DNA from: Candidatus Obscuribacterales bacterium
GTDB lineage: Bacteria; Cyanobacteriota; Vampirovibrionia; Obscuribacterales; Obscuribacteraceae
NCBI GenBank assembly: GCA_965228855.1
Contig: CBDDIJ010000005.1
Span: forward strand, 96,001 to 160,000
Reading direction: 5' to 3'
Length of the DNA stretch: 64,000 nucleotides
Every line of letters begins with the position of its first letter. Position 1 is the stretch's first letter. Positions 1 through 9,536 of the stretch are shown here, in pieces. The notes beneath the pieces were generated by a model that did not search any database, had not been told where the DNA came from, and saw only the letters and a list, made by a program, of their open reading frames with translations. The position numbers were made by a program, and so were the translations under genes.

Positions 1-1
1 C

Positions 2-424
2 CGCGCAGCAGCTATGTCGATGATTCCTTCGTCGACCGGCGCCGCTAAAGCAATCGGTCTGGTCATGCCGCACCTCAAAGGCAAATTGAACGGATTTGCA
101 ATGCGCGTGCCTACGCCGAACGTATCGGTTGTCGACCTCGTCGCTACCTGCAAGAAGCCGGTAACCGTCGAAGCTGTCAACGAGTGCTTGAAGAAGGCTG
201 CTGGAGCTAACCTCAAAGGTTACCTCGGCGTCGCACCGGCACCGCTGGTATCGATCGACTTCCAGGGCAACAAACACTCGTCCATCGTTGACGCTGACCT
301 CACCATGGTTGTCGGCGAAAACATGGTCAAAGTTCTCGCCTGGTACGACAACGAGTGGGGTTACAGCAACCGCCTCGTCGAGCTCTGCTCGCTCGTAGCT
401 AGCAAATTGGCTGTCAAAGTCTAG
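2..424 (+). CDS. gap: Glyceraldehyde-3-phosphate dehydrogenase, 5'-truncated by window edge
   Basis: [22 protein letters not shown] and [11 protein letters not shown] motifs; upstream of pgk. Confidence 0.97.
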   Translation, partial: RAAAMSMIPSSTGAAKAIGLVMPHLKGKLNGFAMRVPTPNVSVVDLVATCKKPVTVEAVNECLKKAAGANLKGYLGVAPAPLVSIDFQGNKHSSIVDADLTMVVGENMVKVLAWYDNEWGYSNRLVELCSLVASKLAVKV

Positions 425-440
425 TTTGGTTATGTGAAAC

Positions 441-476
441 GGAGGGCGAGGCGCGCAGGTGTCTCGCCCTTCTTTC
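441..476 (+). terminator. Hairpin/likely intrinsic terminator after gap
   Basis: GGAGGGCGAGGCGC-GCAG-GTGTCTCGCCCTTC stem (with G-U pairs) followed by a short T-rich tract. Confidence 0.65.
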
Positions 477-585
477 ATAAAGACCTTTTGAAAAACCGTT
501 TCCGCCTCATGCGCTAAACCGATTTCGGTCATCGAAAAACTTTCAGAAAAACCCACCAAGACCGGCTCATTAAGGATTCATCTCA

Positions 586-1830
586 ATGAAAAAGCAAAGT
601 ATCGCCAGCGTCAAAGAAGACTTGTTCAAAGACAAACGCGTTCTCGTGCGCGTTGACTTCAACGTTCCCCAAAGCAAAACCGACGGCTCCATCACAGACG
701 ATTCGCGCATCAGAGCAGCGATTCCAACGATTGAACGTCTGGTAGCAAACGGAGCAAAAGTAATTCTGGTATCACATCTGGGGCGCCCAGACGGAAAGAA
801 GGTCGAGAAATTGACGTTGAAGCCGGTGGCAACTCGCTTGCAAGAACTGCTCAAAGAGAAGTCCGACGTCAAAGTCGATTTCATTGACGAGACGGTGGGT
901 CCGGAAGTAGAGAAAAAAGTAGACGGAATGAAGTCCGGCGAAATCCTGCTGCTGGAGAACGTCCGCTTCCACGCAGGCGAGGAGAAGAACGACCCCGAGT
1001 TCGTCAAGCAACTGGCAAAACTCGCAGACGTATATGTCAACGACGCGTTTGGAACCGCTCACCGCGCCCACGCAAGCACAGAAGGTGTCGCTCACCTGGT
1101 TCGTCCGGCACTCGCAGGGATGTTGATGGATAAAGAGCTGAAGATGCTTGGCGCAGCACTGGATGATCCGGCAAGACCAGTGGCATGCATCATCGGCGGC
1201 TCCAAAGTCTCCTCAAAAATCGGCGTTCTCGATAACTTGATTCAAAAAGTAGACATCATCATCATCGGCGGTGCCATGGCGTTCACCTTCCTCAAAGCGC
1301 AAGGGAAGAACGTCGGCAAGTCATTGGTCGAAGATGACCGTATGGAGTATTGCAGAGAGCTGGAGAAGAAAGCGAAGGATAAGGGCGTCCGCATCATTCT
1401 TCCAGAAGACGTAGTTTGCGCCGCAGAAATGAAAGAAGGCGTCGAAAGTAAAACAGTAGACGTAGACAATATTCCTGCCGAGCAAATGGGTCTCGATATT
1501 GGACCGAAATCAATCGCGACCGTGAAAGAAGCACTGGAGCCGTGCAAAACGATTCTGTGGAACGGACCGCCCGGGGTTTTTGAAATTCCTGGTTTCGACA
1601 AAGGGACTAACGAGCTTATCGAACAGCTTATCACTCTGACGCGCAAGGGCGCCAAGACCATCATCGGCGGCGGCGATTCAGTGGCAGCACTCCAAAAGAA
1701 AAACGTCCCCGGCGATGCGCTTACGCACATCAGCACCGGCGGTGGTGCCTCGCTCGAGTTTCTCGAAGGGATTGAACTTCCTGGCGTAGCCTGCCTGGAC
1801 GAAGCGGAAACAGCAGCTAAAGCAAAATAG
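586..1830 (+). CDS. pgk: Phosphoglycerate kinase
   Basis: RVDFNVP, LLENVRFH, NDAFGTAHRAHAS, ISTGGGASLEFLEG motifs. Confidence 0.98.
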   Translation: MKKQSIASVKEDLFKDKRVLVRVDFNVPQSKTDGSITDDSRIRAAIPTIERLVANGAKVILVSHLGRPDGKKVEKLTLKPVATRLQELLKEKSDVKVDFIDETVGPEVEKKVDGMKSGEILLLENVRFHAGEEKNDPEFVKQLAKLADVYVNDAFGTAHRAHASTEGVAHLVRPALAGMLMDKELKMLGAALDDPARPVACIIGGSKVSSKIGVLDNLIQKVDIIIIGGAMAFTFLKAQGKNVGKSLVEDDRMEYCRELEKKAKDKGVRIILPEDVVCAAEMKEGVESKTVDVDNIPAEQMGLDIGPKSIATVKEALEPCKTILWNGPPGVFEIPGFDKGTNELIEQLITLTRKGAKTIIGGGDSVAALQKKNVPGDALTHISTGGGASLEFLEGIELPGVACLDEAETAAKAK

Positions 1831-1848
1831 CTCAAGTCACAACAAACT

Positions 1849-1887
1849 AAAACGGCGCCAGAGTCCATATCCTGCGGCGCCGTTTTT
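1849..1887. terminator. Bidirectional terminator between convergent pgk and engB
   Basis: AAAACGGCGCC...GGCGCCGTTTTT inverted repeat with A and T tails. Confidence 0.75.
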
Positions 1888-1908
1888 CACTATTTGGAGT
1901 TCCTTCGC

Positions 1909-2523
1909 TTATTCGCCGGACAGCCAGCTCGTGAGCTTTCTCGATAATTCATCGACACCGTCGCCTGTAACAGAGGAGAACGTCTGCGCAGTAACGAGAT
2001 CATCAAGACCCGATTTTTTTAGACCCTGCAGAAGCTGGAAAAGCGTGTTCTGCGCGGCTCCTCGCGAAATTTTATCGGATTTCGTCAAAATCATATGCAA
2101 TGGGCGCTGAGAGTCCAGGGCTCTTTTGAGCAGCATCTTGTCCAGATCTTGCATCGGATTCCGAACGTCCATCACCAGCACCAGACCTTTCAAACACTGC
2201 CTCGCATCAAGGTATTCGGTCAAATGCTCCTGCCATCTTTCCTTCATGGCTTGAGAAACTTTTGCGTATCCGTAGCCGGGCAAATCTACGATTCGATAGT
2301 CGGGAGAGCTTTGCAAGGTGAAGAAGTTGATCAGCTGAGTGCATCCGGGACTTTTGCTTGTCCGTGCCAATTTGCTGTTTCTGGTCAACGAGTTAAGTGC
2401 GCTCGATTTGCCGGCGTTTGAGCGCCCTGCAAACGCAACCTCGGCGCCCTGCTCAGGCGGGCATTGTTTGAGGCTTGGCGCGCTCACTAAAAACTTGGCC
2501 GTATTGAAGTTTACCTTGGTCAT
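1909..2523 (-). CDS. engB: Ribosome biogenesis GTPase YihA/EngB
   Basis: G1 GRSNAGKSS, G3 DLPGYG, G4 TKSDK; start set at MTKVNF (2523). Confidence 0.93.
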   Translation of the reverse strand: MTKVNFNTAKFLVSAPSLKQCPPEQGAEVAFAGRSNAGKSSALNSLTRNSKLARTSKSPGCTQLINFFTLQSSPDYRIVDLPGYGYAKVSQAMKERWQEHLTEYLDARQCLKGLVLVMDVRNPMQDLDKMLLKRALDSQRPLHMILTKSDKISRGAAQNTLFQLLQGLKKSGLDDLVTAQTFSSVTGDGVDELSRKLTSWLSGE

Positions 2524-2703
2524 TCTGCGAAGCTTATCACACAATCCCGTCGACTCCGACGAGGAGGCGCGTTTGCGGTCGACAATCTCTGCTTGTCGAG
2601 AGAAACATTTTAAAATAAAACTTCTTTCTTGTGAAAGGCTCGAAACATCACGGCTGAGGTCGCACCACGATCACATACAAGCTGTTAAGGTTATCTATCA
2701 GGA

Positions 2704-3957
2704 ATGCACAAAAACTCAGATAAAAATAACCCGAAATACAAGATGCACATGGCTCTAGGACTCATGTTCCTTACCATGCTCATCGATTTGATCGGCTTTG
2801 GCATCATACTACCGCTCCTGCCGCTGTATGCGAAACAGTTTGGCGCGAGCGGTCTCACGGTGGGACTGTTGCTCATGTCCTACTCGCTGATGCAGTTCTT
2901 CTTCGCTCCAATGTGGGGGCGCCTTTCCGACAAAATCGGCAGACGTCCCGTGCTCATGATCAGCCTGTGCACATCTGCGATCGGCTATGCCATCTGGGGA
3001 CTTTCGGGCTCTCTTGAGATGCTGTTTCTTTCGCGAATTGTCGCGGGTCTTGGAAACGCCAATCTTGCGGTAGCTCAAGCATACGTCGCGGACGTCACAC
3101 CGGAAGAGGAAAGATCGCGCGGTATGGGCATGATTGGTGCCGCATTCGGTCTCGGTTTCGTCCTGGGACCGGCAATCGCAGGTCTGGCAATCGCTTTCGG
3201 CGTCCATCCCAACATTCTTGGTTTCATCGCAGCAGGATTCAGCTTACTCGATTTGATCTTCACGGCAATTTACCTGCCTGAGCCGGAGCATCGAAAACAA
3301 AACCAACACAATCCGTTTTCCCTTGGCGCCGGATTTTACTTTCAAACACTGGCCAATCACAAGTACACGCTGTCACTGCTCATCATGTTCATATCCACGT
3401 TCGCTTTTGCGAATATGGAAACAACGCTTGTACTGCTGACCAGCGAATACTACAACTTCGACATGAAGCAGAACAGTTATTTGTTCACCGGGCTTGGAAT
3501 CGTGATGGTTTTCGTTCAAGGCGGTTTGATCCGCCGCATCGGCAAGATTTATCCCGATTCGAAATTGATTAGCGTTGGAACCGGTCTGCTCGCGCTCGGT
3601 CTGATTCTCACACCGATAACACACAACCTTGTTGTTTTGTGCATCGCCCTTTGCATTCTTGCCACCGGATCCGGTATCAACAATCCATCGAATTCCAGCC
3701 TGCTCTCTAAGCTCGCGCCCCGAGAGGAAACGGGTGGCGTGATGGGCATCGGACAATCAATGTCCACTCTAGGACGTATCCTGGGGCCAGTAGTGGGCGG
3801 CTATCTTTTCGACACCATGGGCGCAGCCAGCCCCTACTGGGTTGGCGCGGCCGTAATGCTCATCGCATTCGCCTTGAGTTTCAAACTACCCACCATTGTC
3901 AAAACCGACGTCATCAATGCAGCGCCGCAAGTTGCCGAAACATCGGATCAAACCTAG
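2704..3957 (+). CDS. MFS transporter, TetA/DHA1-like
   Basis: Motif A GRLSDKIGRRP, motif C GFVLGPAIAG, about 12 hydrophobic segments. Confidence 0.9.
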   Translation: MHKNSDKNNPKYKMHMALGLMFLTMLIDLIGFGIILPLLPLYAKQFGASGLTVGLLLMSYSLMQFFFAPMWGRLSDKIGRRPVLMISLCTSAIGYAIWGLSGSLEMLFLSRIVAGLGNANLAVAQAYVADVTPEEERSRGMGMIGAAFGLGFVLGPAIAGLAIAFGVHPNILGFIAAGFSLLDLIFTAIYLPEPEHRKQNQHNPFSLGAGFYFQTLANHKYTLSLLIMFISTFAFANMETTLVLLTSEYYNFDMKQNSYLFTGLGIVMVFVQGGLIRRIGKIYPDSKLISVGTGLLALGLILTPITHNLVVLCIALCILATGSGINNPSNSSLLSKLAPREETGGVMGIGQSMSTLGRILGPVVGGYLFDTMGAASPYWVGAAVMLIAFALSFKLPTIVKTDVINAAPQVAETSDQT

Positions 3958-3965
3958 CGACATTC

Positions 3966-6900
3966 TCAATGAAATTTTGAAACATCAACAAGATCTCGCT
4001 TCTTCCTGTTACCGCGACCAAGTTTTAACGACATGGTATCAAACCACAAATAGAGATCCGGCAAGAGCAATAGCGTTAAAATGCTTGAGCTGATTAACCC
4101 GCCGATGACGACTGTGGCAAGTGGACGTTGCACCTCGGCGCCGGCCGATGAAGAAAACGCCATGGGGACGAAACCGAGACTAGCAACCAGAGCGGTCATC
4201 AGCACAGGTCGCAGTCTGGTCATTGCGCCTTCACGAACGGCAAGTTCTGTTTCCATCTTCGGCTTTAGCTTATTGATGTAGCTGACGAGGACGACACCGT
4301 TCAAAACAGCCACCCCCGAAAGAGCAATGAAGCCGATACCTGCGGAGATGGAAAACGGCATGCCGCGAGCGGCGAGAGCAAAAATTCCACCAACGATTGC
4401 AAATGGAATTCCGGTAAAAATCAGAAGAGCCTGACTGAACGATCCGAACGTCATGAATAGCAATACGAAGATCGAAACCAGGGCAATCGGCACCACCAGC
4501 AGTAGCATATTCGTGGCCCTGCGCAAATTCTCGAATTGCCCTCCCCAGGTTACATAATATCCCGATGGCAGCTTGATATTCTTGTCTATTTTGCCCTGCG
4601 CTTCCTGCACGAATGATCCCAGATCTCGGCCGCGGACGTTGAGTTCAACAACTATTCGCCGACGGCGATCCTCGCGAGAGATTTGAGCGGGACCATCTTG
4701 TACCTTTATGGAAGCAATTTCTGACAGAGGAATGCGTGCACCATTCGGCGCGGAGATGAGCAAGTTTTTCATCTGATTGAGATCATTGCCGGTTTCCTCG
4801 TTCAACCTGACCGTGAGGTCGAAGCGCTTCTCTCCCTCGTAAACTACGCCCGCATTTTTGCCTGCAACGATCGATTGCACTACGTTATTCACGTCTTCGA
4901 CATTTATACCGTAACGAGCAATAGCAGCCCGATTCGGTGTCACTATGAGTTGAGGCAGTCCGGAAACTTGCTCCACCTTAACATCGGCGGCACCCTTCAC
5001 TTTGCTCACGACTTTACTTATCTGCTCGGCCGTTTTCCTTAGCTCATCCATGTCATCGCCGAATACTTTAATTGCGACATCAGAACGAACGCCTGCGATC
5101 AACTCTGAGGTGCGAAGTTCAACTGGCTGCGAAAAGCTGAATACAGCCTGCGGAACACCAGATTCCAATTTCGCCTTCATACGAGAAATTAAGTCGTCTC
5201 TGTCGAAACTGTTGGGCAATTCGGATCGCGGTTTCAATCCGACGTAAATGTCAGCTGTTTCAACACCCATCGGATCGGTCGCGACTTCTGCCCTGCCGAT
5301 CTTTGAAACCACACGTGTAACTTCCGGAAAGGACTTGAGAATTTTTTCGGCGGCAGTTCCATTCGCGATTGATTGTGTCAGTGAAATACTGGGCAGTTGT
5401 TGCATTTGAACGGCAAGAGCGCCCTCATCGAGGCGAGGAATAAACTCAATACCCAGAAGAGGGAACGTCAGGAGGCTCATGAGCAAAACAGAAAAGGCGA
5501 CAGTAAATGTTTGAGCGCGAAATTTCATAACCACGCTGAGTGCTCGCGAGTAAAACTCGCGAAGAACGTGAACGACAACACTGTCCTCCTTCGAAACCGG
5601 CCCGGTCATAACGAAAGTGAGCATCGCCGGAACAAACGTCAAACTCAAAACCAGCGACCCGAGGAGTGCGAACACGATAGTAAGCGCCATCGGTTTGAAC
5701 ATCTTTCCTTCAACGCCGAAGAGACTCAAAATCGGCAAATATACAATCGCGATAATCGACACCGCGAAGACAACCGGTCTTCCAACCTCGATACACGCTT
5801 TTGTAATGATTTTACGGCGCTCCTCGAAGGGAACATCCGGATGAGCCTGGCTCAATCGCCGAACAGCATTTTCGACCACGACGACAGCGCCGTCTACAAT
5901 CAGACCGAAGTCAATCGCTCCTAAACTCATTAAGTTGCCGGAGACTTTGAACGCAGACATGCAAATAGCCGCAAACAGCATAGACAGCGGAATTACAGCG
6001 GCGACAAGCAGCGAGCCACGCCAGTTACCCAGCACCAAAAGCAATACCACGAGTACCAGCAAGGCACCCTCAATGAGATTAGTCTCAATCGTCTTTACTG
6101 TGCGATCGACCAGCTCAGACCGGTCGTAAAAAGGCACCAACTCAAGGTCTGACGGCAGAGACTTTTGAACTTGCGAGACTCTTTTCTTCACCCTCTCGAC
6201 TACGGCGCGCGAGTTTTCACCTTTCAGCATCATCACGATGCCGGCGACTATCTCTCCATTGCCGTCGGCAAGAACAGCCCCCTGACGGACTTCCGCTCCT
6301 TCAACGACATCGCCGACGTCACGTACGAATACGGGAACCCCTTCCTTCCCTGCCTTCACAACGATATTCTCGATCTGTGAAGCTGATTGAGTCAGTCCAA
6401 TTCCGCGCAAAACATATTGCTCGCCACCATGTTCGATGTAAGCACCACCAACGTTCTCGTTGTTGCTAACTACAGCATCGAGCACATCACGAAGAGTCAA
6501 TCCGTAAGCGAGCAAGCGCTGTGGGTCCAGGCGAATCTGATACTGCTTTTTCTGACCGCCGTAGCTGTTTACTTCTGCGACTCCAGGAACGCCCATGAGT
6601 TGCCGGCGAACGTTCCAATCCTGATCCGTCCGCAAATCGAGCGTATTCCGAGACAAGCCCTTCTTGCTGCGTATCTGATATTGATAAATCTCGCCGAGAC
6701 CGGTAGATATTGGACCCATCTCGGGTTTGCCGATGCTTTCAGGAATTTGTTCGCGCACCTTTGTCAGTCGCTCCAGCACCAGTTGTCTCGCGAAATAAGT
6801 ATCGACATTCTCATTGAAGACAACCGTGACGACGGACAAACCGAATTTCGAAACTGAGCGAACATCCGTCACACCGGGCAAACCACTAATTGCGATCTCA

Positions 6901-7106
6901 ACTGGAAAGGTTACCTGGCGCTCTATCTCCAGAGGCGCAAGGGCGGGCGCTGACGTAATCACTTGCACCTGGACGTTAGTTATGTCCGGAACAGCATCAA
7001 TCGGCAGATTTTTCAGGGATAACAATCCTGCCACCGCCATCAGTGCGACCAATAACAGTACGAGAAATCGTCGGCGGATAGAAAGTTTGATGATATTCTC
7101 GATCAT
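3966..7106 (-). CDS. czcA: CusA/CzcA-family heavy-metal efflux RND permease
   Basis: LPIDAVPDITNVQVQV, DFGLIVDGAVVVVEN, RLRPVLMTALVASLGF, GAEVQRPLATVVIGG; 1046 aa. Confidence 0.92.
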   Translation of the reverse strand: MIENIIKLSIRRRFLVLLLVALMAVAGLLSLKNLPIDAVPDITNVQVQVITSAPALAPLEIERQVTFPVEIAISGLPGVTDVRSVSKFGLSVVTVVFNENVDTYFARQLVLERLTKVREQIPESIGKPEMGPISTGLGEIYQYQIRSKKGLSRNTLDLRTDQDWNVRRQLMGVPGVAEVNSYGGQKKQYQIRLDPQRLLAYGLTLRDVLDAVVSNNENVGGAYIEHGGEQYVLRGIGLTQSASQIENIVVKAGKEGVPVFVRDVGDVVEGAEVRQGAVLADGNGEIVAGIVMMLKGENSRAVVERVKKRVSQVQKSLPSDLELVPFYDRSELVDRTVKTIETNLIEGALLVLVVLLLVLGNWRGSLLVAAVIPLSMLFAAICMSAFKVSGNLMSLGAIDFGLIVDGAVVVVENAVRRLSQAHPDVPFEERRKIITKACIEVGRPVVFAVSIIAIVYLPILSLFGVEGKMFKPMALTIVFALLGSLVLSLTFVPAMLTFVMTGPVSKEDSVVVHVLREFYSRALSVVMKFRAQTFTVAFSVLLMSLLTFPLLGIEFIPRLDEGALAVQMQQLPSISLTQSIANGTAAEKILKSFPEVTRVVSKIGRAEVATDPMGVETADIYVGLKPRSELPNSFDRDDLISRMKAKLESGVPQAVFSFSQPVELRTSELIAGVRSDVAIKVFGDDMDELRKTAEQISKVVSKVKGAADVKVEQVSGLPQLIVTPNRAAIARYGINVEDVNNVVQSIVAGKNAGVVYEGEKRFDLTVRLNEETGNDLNQMKNLLISAPNGARIPLSEIASIKVQDGPAQISREDRRRRIVVELNVRGRDLGSFVQEAQGKIDKNIKLPSGYYVTWGGQFENLRRATNMLLLVVPIALVSIFVLLFMTFGSFSQALLIFTGIPFAIVGGIFALAARGMPFSISAGIGFIALSGVAVLNGVVLVSYINKLKPKMETELAVREGAMTRLRPVLMTALVASLGFVPMAFSSSAGAEVQRPLATVVIGGLISSSILTLLLLPDLYLWFDTMSLKLGRGNRKKRDLVDVSKFH

Positions 7107-8497
7107 CAGTTTTCTCCCAATTGATTTTTCAATAGTTTTGATTTCAGCAAAAATGCTCCTTTGGTGGCGATCCGTTCGCCGCTACTCAAGCCACTTTTGA
7201 TCGCTACGAGGGTTCCATATTGTTTTCCGGCCACAACATCGCGTGGTTCAAAATCGCTCTTGCTCTTCTCGACGAAAACAACCGAGCGATCGCCAACTGT
7301 TTGAATAGATTCCGAGGGGACGAAAGTCCCGGAGACTGTTCCTGCGGGGCTAAAAGCAACCTCGACGAACGAACCAACTTTGACTTTATTATCATCGTTG
7401 TCGATCTCGACACGCACTCTGCCGGTGCGCGTGTCCTCGTTTAATCGTGGGTCAATGTAGTTGACCTTGCCTTCTAAAGTCAGCCCGTCAAAACTGATTC
7501 GGGCAGGCATCCCCAACGTGATGCTGCTTATTTTACCTTCGGGAACACTGGCAATTACCCATAATCGTTTTGTATTCGCGATGGTCAGAAGCGGTTTATT
7601 TGCTTCGAAACCGGCTCCGGGGTTAGCTAATCTCTCGATGACAGTGCCGCTTATAGGCGCATGCAACTCAATTGCGGAGATGTCGTGGTGTCTGCCATTC
7701 GATTCATTAGGAAGAGGCGCATCCAGAGCGCGCAGTTCGTCCTCAATGTGTTCCACTTCGGTTTGCGCTGTACTCAGCGCTGCGCGTGCCTCAGCGACCT
7801 CGCGGTTCAGCGAGATGTCCTTTTGGAAGTTGAAGTCCGCCTTTGCACGCTCGTATTCAGCTTCAGCTGCAACCAGATCCTTGCGCGCGCTCAGTCCCTC
7901 ATTGACCAGTTGGCTGATACGAGTCAGCGAAGCCTCGGTTTCCTCGAGCGTCGCTTTCGACTTCAGCAGAGCGACCTTGTTGGCCGATTGGGTCACGCGC
8001 TCCATGTTCTGCCTTGCCAATTTTGCACGCGTGTTGGCTTCGTGAAGTTTACCGTGCAACTCCGCAACTTGCGGACTGTCGATTGTCACCAGCAAGTCAC
8101 CTTTGCGCACCTGGTCACCAAGCGCAACAGCAATTCGACCAACGCGACCGGAAACAAGTGGTGTTATCTGCTGCAGTTGCTCTTGATTCGGCTCAACCAC
8201 GCCAGGTATCACGATATCAGCTGCTGGCGCAGTAGCCATCGCGGGAAGCGCTTTCACACCCGAAGCGATGCGCGTCTGAGCATCAAGCGAAATTAGACTT
8301 GAAGCCACCGCTTCTGGCAGAGAAACCGTTTCCGACGCTCCCGGCTCCGGTTCTTTCTGGCTCTGCAGATTCTGCCATAAGAACAAGGTGGCCAAGGCGC
8401 AGAGCAAGACGACACCAGCGGTGATTGCCCAACTTCTCGAAGTCTGGGTTCCATCGACGGAGCCACGATAGTTTTGAACTTGATTTGGAGCCAGCAC
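7106..8497 (-). CDS. RND periplasmic adaptor (CzcB/CusB-like)
   Basis: N-terminal TM anchor, lipoyl half-motifs (ITPLVSGRV, LHAPISGTV), coiled hairpin; AGGAG RBS before GTG; stop overlaps czcA start. Confidence 0.9.
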   Translation of the reverse strand: MLAPNQVQNYRGSVDGTQTSRSWAITAGVVLLCALATLFLWQNLQSQKEPEPGASETVSLPEAVASSLISLDAQTRIASGVKALPAMATAPAADIVIPGVVEPNQEQLQQITPLVSGRVGRIAVALGDQVRKGDLLVTIDSPQVAELHGKLHEANTRAKLARQNMERVTQSANKVALLKSKATLEETEASLTRISQLVNEGLSARKDLVAAEAEYERAKADFNFQKDISLNREVAEARAALSTAQTEVEHIEDELRALDAPLPNESNGRHHDISAIELHAPISGTVIERLANPGAGFEANKPLLTIANTKRLWVIASVPEGKISSITLGMPARISFDGLTLEGKVNYIDPRLNEDTRTGRVRVEIDNDDNKVKVGSFVEVAFSPAGTVSGTFVPSESIQTVGDRSVVFVEKSKSDFEPRDVVAGKQYGTLVAIKSGLSSGERIATKGAFLLKSKLLKNQLGEN

Positions 8498-8526
8498 AAC
8501 AGCTCTCCTTTCTGATTAGAGACGAC

Positions 8527-8557
8527 AAAAAAAATCGCAAGCGAATGACGCTCGCGA
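8527..8557 (-). terminator. Intrinsic terminator (candidate attenuator) between leader ORF and RND operon
   Basis: Minus strand TCGCGAGCG-TCATT-CGCTTGCGA (9-bp stem, one G-U) followed by T8. Confidence 0.8.
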
Positions 8558-8571
8558 ATAGATTCGCGTTT

Positions 8572-8976
8572 CTAGGTCAAAAGGAGTTGGTGTGAGGCAA
8601 CTAGAGTGGAAACTTTTAATGGAGGAGGAGGCGCGCGGGTGCCCTTCACCGCTCCCACATAGTCGGGAATGCGAGCGTAGCCGGCTTCTGGTTGGTAATG
8701 AACTGCAACCACGTCGCAATCGAAAAGGTAAACCGCAGGTGATACCACACTGGAATTTTGGGCGGAACAGCATGTGCTCGAATGCCCGCAGTCCGCGCAA
8801 GTGTCGCCCGAATCGCGAGGAGATAGGTCGATTGCTTGAGACTGGTAACCATTTCCAGTTTGAACATTCTGTTTATAAACATGCGCGACAATCTTCGGAC
8901 ACACGCATGCCGACCCGTTTGTCGCGAGCCACGACAAAACGAACATCAACATTACGACTATGGTTTTGGTTTTCAT
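8572..8976 (-). CDS. Secreted Cys/His-rich leader protein with RAPP motif (DUF2946/CruR-like architecture)
   Basis: Signal-peptide-like MKTKTIVVMLMFVLSWLATNGSA, CVC, CADCGHSSTCC, C-terminal TRAPPPP. Confidence 0.7.
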   Translation of the reverse strand: MKTKTIVVMLMFVLSWLATNGSACVCPKIVAHVYKQNVQTGNGYQSQAIDLSPRDSGDTCADCGHSSTCCSAQNSSVVSPAVYLFDCDVVAVHYQPEAGYARIPDYVGAVKGTRAPPPPLKVSTLVASHQLLLT

Positions 8977-9536
8977 TTCCGGGAAGATTGGCTCTACATC
9001 TTGATTCATAGCAGATAACTCACAAGCTCGCAACTTCTTTCCGGTAAAAGTTGTGAGCCAGCCGAAACGAAATACCTCATGGATCCCCCTGATGGTAAAA
9101 GGTAATCACCAGTCATAGTCGCAAGGCATCCTTGCGTATTTACGCAAACGCATCGGCGCACTTACACATTCAGTCGCGATTAAGCGTAAGGCACAATGAT
9201 TGCATCGGGACTAACCAACCGGTACCAACCTCCTAAAACCACACAACTGCTCACCGCGTCTCTAAAAACTAACCGCCTTTAGAGACGCGGAAATCAGAAG
9301 CCCAATAGAGAACCTAGAGGCTTCGTTCTACGAACCACTACGATTCCCGGAAATCATACGAATTCTGGAATCATTGGAATCCCGGAAACAATCGGAACCC
9401 CTTAAGAATTAACGAGCAACCTCGCTAATCTTAGTTTCTATATATCGAACGACTTTCTATTCTCCACCCACTCACCATGTTCGATACCAGCATCGACGGA
9501 AGGATCAGACTGCAGCAGAGATAAGAGTGACTCGAC

